Positions 8,825 to 16,264 of a stretch of 32,148 bases of DNA are shown here, one piece after another; position 1 is the first letter of the stretch, and each line of letters starts with the position of its first letter. Source of the stretch: Candidatus Nomurabacteria bacterium. GTDB lineage: Bacteria; Patescibacteriota; Minisyncoccia; Phycocordibacterales; SBAW01. The stretch spans positions 158,864 to 191,011 of the forward strand of contig CALRFF010000001.1 of NCBI GenBank assembly GCA_943356495.1, in the 5' to 3' direction. A program made the translations under genes and the position numbers. The notes beneath the pieces were generated by a model. It saw only the letters and a program-made list of their open reading frames with translations. It had not been told where the DNA came from and did no database searches.

Positions 8825-9412
8825 CTATACCAAAGTGTTGCGGCCCCGCTCTCCTCTCCTACGCACAACTATCAAAAACATCATGCCGATGTTAACTACT
8901 ATCATCACCACCGAGTGCAAGGCGGTGGTAATGTTGTAACTTTGGAGCGAAACGAGCGCCAACGCGTGACGTAGCACATTTGAGCCGTAGAGCACCGGCG
9001 CCTCGGTGCGCGGGCGCAGCCATGTTTTGCGTACTGTGGGTACAAAAGAAATAAGGTCGATACTAACCGCCAGCACAACCGAGAGTGTCGGGTCTTTGGT
9101 CATAAGCCACGGCACCAAGGCGCCAAGTGCGAGCGCCAAAAACACTATATCGCTTTTGGTAATCGCTTTATAACCGTACTTAAGCGAAAGCAAGAAGATG
9201 GCGGCGGTAAACATCCCCGACGCAGCCGTAGGTAATGCTCCTATGCCGGCACCGGCGGCTACTTGGCCAAAAAAAACAATGCCCGTTACTATGGTCCCCA
9301 CCAACCAGGTGTACGGGTGCGGACGCACAACACCCTTGAGGATCTGCCACACATAGGGTGCATTGCCCGCTACCGCAATAAGCGCCGCCGCTACTGCAAA
9401 TAGTTCCTTCAC
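8825..9412 (-). CDS. Multi-pass membrane protein of unknown function
   Basis: 195 aa, about 6-7 hydrophobic segments, GTG start 6 nt after TATACT. Confidence 0.7.
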   Translation of the reverse strand: MKELFAVAAALIAVAGNAPYVWQILKGVVRPHPYTWLVGTIVTGIVFFGQVAAGAGIGALPTAASGMFTAAIFLLSLKYGYKAITKSDIVFLALALGALVPWLMTKDPTLSVVLAVSIDLISFVPTVRKTWLRPRTEAPVLYGSNVLRHALALVSLQSYNITTALHSVVMIVVNIGMMFLIVVRRRGERGRNTLV

Positions 9413-9418
9413 CTTTTC

Positions 9419-9443
9419 AGTATACTAGGTTGCGCAGTATAGT
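9419..9443. promoter_or_regulatory. Back-to-back -10 boxes in a 37-bp divergent spacer
   Basis: Minus TATACT 9424-9419 and plus TATAGT 9438-9443, each exactly 6 nt from its start codon. Confidence 0.55.
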
Positions 9444-9449
9444 AAGGGT

Positions 9450-9830
9450 ATGAATACCAATACAAATATAATCATCGCGCTACTTATACTTATTATCGGT
9501 TTTGGGGCAGGCTACACTATCCGCGGCAACGACGCCCCAAAAACAGGCGGTCATATGATGGCCGACGGTAGCGTCATGCAAAACGGCGGTATGGGCGGCG
9601 CCATGGACAACATGATGGAGGGCTTGCAGGGCAAGACCGGCGACGCGTTTGACCAAGCGTTTCTTAGCGAAATGATTATGCACCACGAGGGTGCGGTGCA
9701 AATGGCCGAGGCCGCATTGCAATATGCCAAGCATCAGGAAATAAAAGATATGGCAAAAGCTATCATCTCCGCTCAGACAATCGAGATAGAGCAGATGAAA
9801 GTGTGGGGCAAGAGTTGGTACACGCAATAA
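9450..9830 (+). CDS. DUF305-family (ferritin-like) protein with N-terminal TM/signal
   Basis: FDQAFLSEMIMHHEGAVQMA, EIKDMAKAIISAQTIEIEQMK; Met/His-rich linker. Confidence 0.85.
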   Translation: MNTNTNIIIALLILIIGFGAGYTIRGNDAPKTGGHMMADGSVMQNGGMGGAMDNMMEGLQGKTGDAFDQAFLSEMIMHHEGAVQMAEAALQYAKHQEIKDMAKAIISAQTIEIEQMKVWGKSWYTQ

Positions 9831-9835
9831 ACTAG

Positions 9836-10027
9836 TGACCCTACCGGGAAGTGTCTTGCCACAGGCAAGCACGGATCGGTCACAAATAATTTTCTGCTGA
9901 AAATTTTCGCGACCCCGCCTCGGCACCGTCGTGTCTGCGGCTTTCGATTCCCGGCCGCAAAGTCTCCCAGACTTTGCTTAGGGCCAGCTTACGAAAAAGC
10001 CGCCTTTCGGCGGTACTTTTTCTGCGC
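9836..10027. mobile_element. Putative ~192-bp non-autonomous element or integration remnant at the tRNA-Glu 3' end
   Basis: 15-bp direct repeat tgaccctaccgggaa (9836-9850 = 10028-10042), internal hairpins and an inverted copy of the tRNA 3' half. Confidence 0.55.
9993..10022. terminator. Bidirectional terminator-like hairpin between DUF305 and tRNA-Glu
   Basis: gaaaaag-ccgcc-tttc-ggcgg-ta-ctttttc. Confidence 0.7.
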
Positions 10028-10099
10028 TGACCCTACCGGGAATCGAACCCGGATTAACGGCTTGAAAAGCCGGCGTCCTAACCGTTAGACGATAGGGCC
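10028..10099 (-). tRNA. tRNA-Glu(TTC)
   Basis: GGCCCTATCGTCTAACGGTTAGGACGCCGGCTTTTCAAGCCGTTAATCCGGGTTCGATTCCCGGTAGGGTCA folds as a cloverleaf; CCA not encoded. Confidence 0.95.
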
Positions 10100-10123
10100 C
10101 TCTCCTGTAGTTAGTCTACAGGT

Positions 10124-10213
10124 TGGCGGAGGAGGTGAGATTCGAACTCACGGTGAGGTTTCCCCCACGCCGCATTTCGAGTGCGGTGCCTTCGACCACT
10201 CAGCCACTCCTCC
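10124..10213 (-). tRNA. tRNA-Ser(CGA)
   Basis: GGAGGAG acceptor, CCGCA-CTCGAAA-TGCGG anticodon arm, long variable arm, GTTCGAATC, encoded CCA. Confidence 0.95.
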
Positions 10214-10251
10214 GTGGCCATAAAATACCATCATTTGGGGTGTTTTACCAC

Positions 10252-10764
10252 TTATCGCGCCGCAACTTTTGCCGTATACGGCGTTGCAAAAAATTGCACA
10301 ACAAACGTCGCGGGTTTTCCTTGATAGGTTCCCCGAGCAATACCTATACCCATGCGGGTGTACGCGCCTTTTACTATGTTGGCGCGGTGCGTGGGCGAGT
10401 CCATCCACGCCTGTTCTAAACTTTGTGCGTCGGTAAAGTTTAAGCCCAAGTTCTCCCCCGCCCGACGGTAGGCATACCCCGCTTTTTTAAACCACACCCA
10501 CGGCGCATTGCCCGATGGGTCTACGTGCGCAAAATATCCTTTAGTCGCCATGTCATCGGCTTTGGCTTGGGCCGCTTTGTTTAATACGGTATCTTCGATA
10601 AGCGGTTGGGCGCCAAGTGCGACACGGTCGGCATTTGCAAACGCTATGACATTGCTTGCGGTTAGTGCGAGCGAAGTTTCGGCTGAGACCGGCAGAGCGA
10701 ATCCGAATACTAATAAGCTGGCGACAGTCGTGGAGGCGAGCGACCAAGTTAACCGTATGTTCAT
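10252..10764 (-). CDS. Secreted CAP (SCP) domain protein
   Basis: Signal peptide, then NADR...L...LNKAAQAKADDMATKGYFAH, AGENL, WMDSPTHRANI. Confidence 0.9.
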   Translation of the reverse strand: MNIRLTWSLASTTVASLLVFGFALPVSAETSLALTASNVIAFANADRVALGAQPLIEDTVLNKAAQAKADDMATKGYFAHVDPSGNAPWVWFKKAGYAYRRAGENLGLNFTDAQSLEQAWMDSPTHRANIVKGAYTRMGIGIARGTYQGKPATFVVQFFATPYTAKVAAR

Positions 10765-10823
10765 GTACACAAATCATACGGACTTCATGTACCGGCGGCA
10801 ATTTTTTTGGTGAACCGTACACA

Positions 10824-10858
10824 AAAAACAAACTCCCCAAGAGAGGGAGTTTGTTTTT
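10824..10858. terminator. Rho-independent terminator (14-bp stem)
   Basis: aaaaacaaactccc-caagaga-gggagtttgttttt, just downstream of the 10879 gene on the minus strand. Confidence 0.8.
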
Positions 10859-10878
10859 ACATTATGAGCTCTTTAGTT

Positions 10879-11430
10879 TTAGCTCTTTTGCAGTAGATAG
10901 CGTGTGCCTCCTGCAATGCCGGCAGCGGAGAGGCTAAGCAGCAAGAGTAGTCCTGCGGCAGTGCCGCCCGCGCCGGTATTAGGCGCACCCGGTGCTTCGG
11001 TTGAGGTGCCGAGTACTACCCCGCCGCCTCCGCCGACCCCACCACCTGTGGTACCGCCGCCGGTACCACTAAGGAGTACACAGTTACCGTTTTGTAGCCC
11101 GTAACCCGCCGGGATAACGGATTGCACGTCAGCGATGTTGGGGCAGATATCTATGATGTTACTGTTGCCCCCGCCGCCGCCTCCACCACCGCCGCCTGTA
11201 GTACCCCCGCCGCCGGTGGTACCGCCCGTCACCGTGCCGGTTAGGGTGCTGCCGGAGGTAACAGTGCCGGTGAGCGTACTGGAGCCGGAGGTTACCGTGC
11301 CGCTGAGCGTGCTGGTGGCGGGCGTGCCGGACGTACCGCTCGAGAGCGTGCCGGTCACCGTCGACTGCGCGAGTGCCGTCGTGGTCATGACCAGGAACGC
11401 CAGGCTAGTGATAATAATTCGTGTTTTCAT
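10879..11430 (-). CDS. Secreted Thr/Gly-rich surface protein with a C-terminal PxTG-TM-basic tail
   Basis: Signal MKTRIII...ALAQ, repeated (S/T)TLTGTVT(S/G)G, poly-Gly tracts, a C-x19-C module, then APNTG + hydrophobic helix + RYLLQKS. Confidence 0.75.
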   Translation of the reverse strand: MKTRIIITSLAFLVMTTTALAQSTVTGTLSSGTSGTPATSTLSGTVTSGSSTLTGTVTSGSTLTGTVTGGTTGGGGTTGGGGGGGGGGNSNIIDICPNIADVQSVIPAGYGLQNGNCVLLSGTGGGTTGGGVGGGGGVVLGTSTEAPGAPNTGAGGTAAGLLLLLSLSAAGIAGGTRYLLQKS

Positions 11431-11464
11431 GACTTTGGTTTGTAAGACTGGTAAGTAGCTGCCG

Positions 11465-12898
11465 TTAGATAGTCGCCGTCGAGGTCGCCGTTTGCGCCCA
11501 TGACTGCGCCGTGTAGGTCGTGCTGTACGAGCCGTTAGGCGTGCCCACCGGTATCTTGACCTCAATAGTGAGGTTAATCTGGCGGCCCGGAGTCGTTGCC
11601 GACGCGTCGCCGGTCAGGTAGAACCAGCCGCTGTAACCGTTGCCGGTAGCAATGATGCCGCTGTCGGTGGTCGATGCGTTGCTCGACTGCGGAGTCGAAA
11701 GCCGTATGTTGCCGTTGGCCGGGAAGCTTGTGGTGCTGCTCATCGCCCAGTCGCTAAAGCGGATACGAAACGCGTCCTCATTATCGGGGACCGTTACATG
11801 CATCACCCACTTCCAGCCGTCGGCGAAGTTGTTGTTTGCTGTCGCGCTTGCGTTAACGGTGTCAACACCGGTTACCGCGAGCGGCGTTGAGCTGGCGGTC
11901 GACTGCGTAAGGAACGTCTGGTCAGACGAGCTTGCGGTCGCCGTACCGTTGTTGCTGTGGATCTTGAAGTGATAGGTCGTGCCTTCGCTAAGGCCAGTGA
12001 GGGTTATCGAGTGCGTCGTGCTTGCGGTCGCATTAAGCGCCGATGCCGAGCCGTAGCTGGTCGTCGTGCCGTACACTACCTGACCGTCGGCCGCAATGTC
12101 GGTGGTCCAGTTAACGGTGGCCGTCGTGCTGGCAAGACCGGTGACCGTAATGTTGCTGATAACCGGAGTTGCAGGCGGTATCGCAACGGCCGTGTAGGTA
12201 TACTGGCTTGCCGAGCTGGTAGCGCTGGTGCCGCCCGTGGTAGTAACCGTTACATCAACCACGCCCGCCGTGGTAGTTGCGGGAGAGACCGCCGTAACTG
12301 ACGTCGCGCTGTTGACCACTACGCCCGTTGCGGGAGTCGCCCCGAACATAACCGAAGTGGCGCCGGTAAGGTTGGTACCGGTAATAGTTACCGCGGTACC
12401 GCCCGTTGTCGTGCCGCTGGTCGGCGTAATGCCGGTTACGGTCGGCGCATCAGGCAGTGTGGCAAAGCTGAGTACCGAACCGGGGTACCAGACGCCGCCA
12501 ACCTGCGACCACGCCGTAAAGTAATACGTCGTGCCGGCCGTTATAGGGAGGAGCCCCGCGGGGATAGTTGCCGATGAGAGAAGCGCCGAGAACGTCGTGC
12601 TCGATGCTACCGCCCCGATGTCGCCTGTCGAGTACACATCTGTCGGAAGTATCGGGCTCGCCCCGCCCACCGGAGTAAACGTGCTCGTAGACACCCAAAA
12701 TGCGGTGCCCGTAGCATCGGTGTCGCCGTTGAGCGCGTTAAGCGTAGCGTCGCTCACGGTAATAGCCGTTGCGGCCTGTGTCGTGACCTCCGGCGGCGCC
12801 GCAAATGCAAGCGGTGCCACAAAGGCAATGCCTGTAGCGCCCGCAAGCAACGCAAGCGCAGTTGTCGCAGAGAAAACCTGTAGAGATAATTTTTTCAT
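11465..12898 (-). CDS. Secreted multi-Ig-fold protein (FN3-like, IPT/TIG, FN3/purple-acid-phosphatase-N-like, unknown C-terminal beta domain)
   Basis: Signal peptide; PTVTGITPTSGTTTGGTAVTITGTNL (IPT/TIG); VNWTTD..ADGQVVYGTT.SYG...HSITLTGLSEGTTYHFKI (FN3-like). Confidence 0.8.
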   Translation of the reverse strand: MKKLSLQVFSATTALALLAGATGIAFVAPLAFAAPPEVTTQAATAITVSDATLNALNGDTDATGTAFWVSTSTFTPVGGASPILPTDVYSTGDIGAVASSTTFSALLSSATIPAGLLPITAGTTYYFTAWSQVGGVWYPGSVLSFATLPDAPTVTGITPTSGTTTGGTAVTITGTNLTGATSVMFGATPATGVVVNSATSVTAVSPATTTAGVVDVTVTTTGGTSATSSASQYTYTAVAIPPATPVISNITVTGLASTTATVNWTTDIAADGQVVYGTTTSYGSASALNATASTTHSITLTGLSEGTTYHFKIHSNNGTATASSSDQTFLTQSTASSTPLAVTGVDTVNASATANNNFADGWKWVMHVTVPDNEDAFRIRFSDWAMSSTTSFPANGNIRLSTPQSSNASTTDSGIIATGNGYSGWFYLTGDASATTPGRQINLTIEVKIPVGTPNGSYSTTYTAQSWAQTATSTATI

Positions 12899-13035
12899 AC
12901 TAATTTCTTCTAGATTGGTAATTAACTGATAACCGCGCACTCATCAACAAAAACACAACCGTACTTAAGAGCTGATGAGTCATAAGATACTAATGAAGAT
13001 GACAGCAGGCGCCTTTTTTGATATGTTTTCGGTAC

Positions 13036-13108
13036 GCACCCTTAGCTCAGTTGGTAGAGCGACCCCTTGACGTGGGGTAGGCCGGGAGTTCGAATCTCTC
13101 AGGGTGCA
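13036..13108 (+). tRNA. tRNA-Val(GAC)
   Basis: GCACCCT/AGGGTGC acceptor, TAGCTCAGTTGGTAGAGC D arm, ACCCC-TTGACGT-GGGGT, GTTCGAATC. Confidence 0.95.
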
Positions 13109-13111
13109 CCG

Positions 13112-14185
13112 ATGAAAGTGCTTGCCATAGAAACGTCCTGCGACGAGACCGGTATCGCCGTTGTAGAGGCCCGCAAAGAAGGCTCGGTTTTATTGTTTGA
13201 AACAAAAAAAGCCGCACTCTTGTCCCAAGCGCTGCTCCACTCTCCTTACGGCGGGGTGTACCCCAACCTCGCCAAGCGCGAACATCTTAAAAACTTGCCC
13301 GCACTGTGGGAGCAATTTTCGGGCGAAACGTATGACGCAGTGGCCGTAACGGTAGGGCCGGGGCTCGAGCCCGCGCTGTGGACCGGTATCGAGTTTGCCA
13401 AAAAAATTGCCGCAGAAAAAAATCTGCCGCTTATACCCGTTAACCATATGGAGGGGCACCTAATCTCCTCCCTCGCACAAAAACATCATTCTAGTGTTTT
13501 GCAAAACACTGCAATAGAGAACGTGCAGATACCCGTGTTGGCGCTTCTTATTTCCGGCGGACACACCGAGTTTGTGCTTATGCAAAAGTGGTTCGAGTAC
13601 GAAATCATCGGCGAGACGCTCGATGACGCCGTGGGCGAAGCGTTTGATAAAGTGGCGCGCATGCTTGGCCTGCCCTACCCCGGAGGGCCAGCCATCTCTG
13701 CATTGGCAGACACGGCAAGATCCAAATCACAAAAAACAAATATCAAACTCCCGCGGCCGATGCTTAACTCGGGTACCTGCGATGTATCCTTTTCGGGGCT
13801 TAAAACTGCCGCACTCTACGCCCTGCGCGACCGCGGCGGAATCCAAAAACTTGCGGCAGATGAAATCGCCGCCTTTGCCGCCGAGTTTGAAGACGCGGTA
13901 GCAGAGATATTTGCCGTAAAGACGCGCCAAGCACTTATACAAACCAACGCAAAAACATTTGTCATAGGCGGGGGCGTGGCAGCCAACCGCTATATACGCG
14001 AAAAGTTGCAGGCGCTTATACTCGACGAGTTCCCCGACGTCGAGCTGCGCCTCCCCGACCCGTCTATAACCGGCGACAACGCCGTGATGATAGCTCAAGC
14101 GGCTCTTGCCCGCGCCCTCAACGGTAAAAACGATGCCGCAACCAACGACCTTGCAGCGGTTGGTAATCTATCTATAGCAAGCTAA
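13112..14185 (+). CDS. tsaD: tRNA N6-threonylcarbamoyladenosine transferase TsaD
   Basis: VLAIETSCDETG, VTVGPGLEPAL, VNHMEGH, LLISGGHT, TLDDAVGEAFDK, YPGGP, FSGLKT, GGVAAN, TGDNAVMIA. Confidence 0.97.
   Translation: MKVLAIETSCDETGIAVVEARKEGSVLLFETKKAALLSQALLHSPYGGVYPNLAKREHLKNLPALWEQFSGETYDAVAVTVGPGLEPALWTGIEFAKKIAAEKNLPLIPVNHMEGHLISSLAQKHHSSVLQNTAIENVQIPVLALLISGGHTEFVLMQKWFEYEIIGETLDDAVGEAFDKVARMLGLPYPGGPAISALADTARSKSQKTNIKLPRPMLNSGTCDVSFSGLKTAALYALRDRGGIQKLAADEIAAFAAEFEDAVAEIFAVKTRQALIQTNAKTFVIGGGVAANRYIREKLQALILDEFPDVELRLPDPSITGDNAVMIAQAALARALNGKNDAATNDLAAVGNLSIAS
13493..13510. repeat. Perfect 18-bp palindrome inside tsaD
   Basis: agtgttttgcaaaacact, encoding SVLQNT in a variable loop. 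Confidence 0.8.
13722..13749. repeat. Degenerate heptamer tandem repeat inside tsaD
   Basis: ccaaatc-acaaaaa-acaaata-tcaaact, with CAAA recurring at period 7; encodes SKSQKTNIKL. Confidence 0.5.
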
Positions 14186-14194
14186 AATAGCCCA

Positions 14195-16264
14195 ATGCCC
14201 GACGTTCCGGAGAAATTTCTTAAACCCTACGACCCCAAGGCTGTCGAGGCCTCTATATATAAGCAGTGGGAGGAGTCGGGTTACTTCAACCCAGACAACC
14301 TACCGGAGCAGGACGGCGAGCCGTTTACCATTATTATGCCGCCGCCCAATGCAAACGGTTCGTTGCACGCGGGACACGCGCTGTTTGTAACCTTACAGGA
14401 CATTATGACCCGCTTTGCCCGTATGCAAGGTAAAAAAGCACTATGGCTCCCCGGCGCCGACCATGCCGGTTTTGAAACGCAGGTGGTATACGAACGCCAG
14501 CTCGAAAAAGAGGGCCGCTCGCGTTTTGAAATGCCCCCCGAACAACTCTATAAAGAAATTATGGAGTTTACTCTGGCAAACAAAAGCTTTATGGAAGGCC
14601 AGCTCCGCCAGCTGGGCGCATCGTGCGACTGGTCGCGCGAAGTGTTTACCCTCGACGAGCACGTTATCAAAACTGTTTACAGTACATTTACCAAACTCAA
14701 CGACGATGGTCTCTTGTACCGCGGCTCGCGCATTGTTAACTGGTGCCCCAAACATCAAACCTCGCTCAGCAACCTCGAGACCGAGCGCATTAGCCGCACC
14801 GACAAATTGTATTACTTAAAATACGGTCCCTTTACTATCGCCACCGCGCGCCCCGAAACAAAGTTCGGTGACAAGTATGTGGTTATGCACCCCGACGACC
14901 CTCGCTACGCGCAATACAAAGACGGCCAGCAGCTGGAGCTCGAGTGGATTAACGGCCCCGTTACCGCCACCGTGGTTAAAGACGAGGCTATCGACCCCGA
15001 GTTTGGCACCGGCGTCATGACTATTACCCCGTGGCATGACCCTATAGACTTTGCTATTGCCGAGCGGCACAAACTCCCCTACGAGCAGGTCATCGACTGG
15101 CGCGGCAAGTTGTTGCCTATCGCGGGCGAGTTTGCGGGCATGAATATAAAAGACGCCCGCGCCAAAATTGTCGAAAAGTTGGAGGCCAAGGGATTACTGG
15201 AGAAAGTAGACGAGGCTTACGCGCACGAAGTGCCGGTGTGCTACAAATGCAACCGCGAGATAGAGCCGCAGGTTAAGGCGCAATGGTTTGTAAAGATGGA
15301 GCCTTTGGCAAAGCGCGCTATTGAGGCGGTTAAAAATGGCGAGGTAACAATACTAACCGAAAGCCATGAAAAGATTCTTTTACACTGGCTCGAGAATATC
15401 CAAGACTGGAATATCAGCCGCCAAATTGTCTGGGGTATCCCGATACCGGCTTGGCAAAAAGGCGAGGAGTGGAAAGTAAGTGTCGAGTCGCCGGGCGATG
15501 GTTGGACGCGCGACCCCGACACCTTTGACACATGGTTCTCCTCCGGCCAATGGCCGTTTGCGACGCTGGGCTACCCCGACGGTAAAGACTTTAAAAAATT
15601 CTACCCCACGACGGTGATGGAGACGGGTGCGGACATACTCTTTTTCTGGGTGGCACGTATGCTTATGTTGGGGCTGTACCGTACCGGCACGGTGCCGTTT
15701 AAAAACGTATACCTGCACGGCTTGGTGCGCGACGCCAAAGGGCAAAAGATGAGCAAAAGCAAAGGCAACGTTATCTCGCCCTTGACCGTAAGCGATGAGT
15801 ACGGCACCGACGCATTGCGCATGGGGCTTGTAGTCGGCAACACACCGGGCACCGACCTTAACCTCGACCCGAAGAAAATCGGGGCGTATAAAAAGTTTGC
15901 CAACAAATTGTGGAATATCACCCGCTTTGTGCTTGCGCAGGAAAACACGGGCGAACTCAAGCCCGAGTTGGTGGCGGAGTTTGACGCTATGCTCGAGGAT
16001 GTTACCAAAGACATCGAACAATACCGCATCTACATGGCTGCGGAAAAGCTGTACCACTATGTCTGGGACCGCTTTGCCGCCGAAATTATTGAGGAGAGCA
16101 AAGGCAAGCCGGAGTACGGCCCGACACTGCACTACATACTTGAACAATCACTTAAAGCGCTGCACCCGTTTATGCCCTTTATCACCGAAGAGATTTGGCA
16201 GAGTGTGGGCGGTAAAAAAGGCCTTATAATGGTCGAAGCATGGCCAACACGGCACTCATCCTAG
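14195..16264 (+). CDS. valS: Valyl-tRNA synthetase (short, 689 aa)
   Basis: PPPNANGSLHAGHA (HIGH), DHAGFETQ, DWNISRQIVWG, DTFDTWFSSG, KMSKSKGN. Confidence 0.97.
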   Translation: MPDVPEKFLKPYDPKAVEASIYKQWEESGYFNPDNLPEQDGEPFTIIMPPPNANGSLHAGHALFVTLQDIMTRFARMQGKKALWLPGADHAGFETQVVYERQLEKEGRSRFEMPPEQLYKEIMEFTLANKSFMEGQLRQLGASCDWSREVFTLDEHVIKTVYSTFTKLNDDGLLYRGSRIVNWCPKHQTSLSNLETERISRTDKLYYLKYGPFTIATARPETKFGDKYVVMHPDDPRYAQYKDGQQLELEWINGPVTATVVKDEAIDPEFGTGVMTITPWHDPIDFAIAERHKLPYEQVIDWRGKLLPIAGEFAGMNIKDARAKIVEKLEAKGLLEKVDEAYAHEVPVCYKCNREIEPQVKAQWFVKMEPLAKRAIEAVKNGEVTILTESHEKILLHWLENIQDWNISRQIVWGIPIPAWQKGEEWKVSVESPGDGWTRDPDTFDTWFSSGQWPFATLGYPDGKDFKKFYPTTVMETGADILFFWVARMLMLGLYRTGTVPFKNVYLHGLVRDAKGQKMSKSKGNVISPLTVSDEYGTDALRMGLVVGNTPGTDLNLDPKKIGAYKKFANKLWNITRFVLAQENTGELKPELVAEFDAMLEDVTKDIEQYRIYMAAEKLYHYVWDRFAAEIIEESKGKPEYGPTLHYILEQSLKALHPFMPFITEEIWQSVGGKKGLIMVEAWPTRHSS

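Noticed and set aside
9480-10419. ORFs 9480..9926 and 10123..10419
   Set aside because: They overlap DUF305, the tRNA-Glu trailer and tRNA-Ser; the peptides are translations of RNA structure.
11165-11225. ccg/cca tandem tract as a CRISPR or microsatellite
   Set aside because: It is simply poly-Gly coding sequence; there is no repeat-spacer structure anywhere in the window.
12938-12982. Leader hairpin (ctcatca/tgatgag) and an aaccgtac motif shared with 10813-10820
   Set aside because: Short matches compatible with chance; no recognisable riboswitch features.
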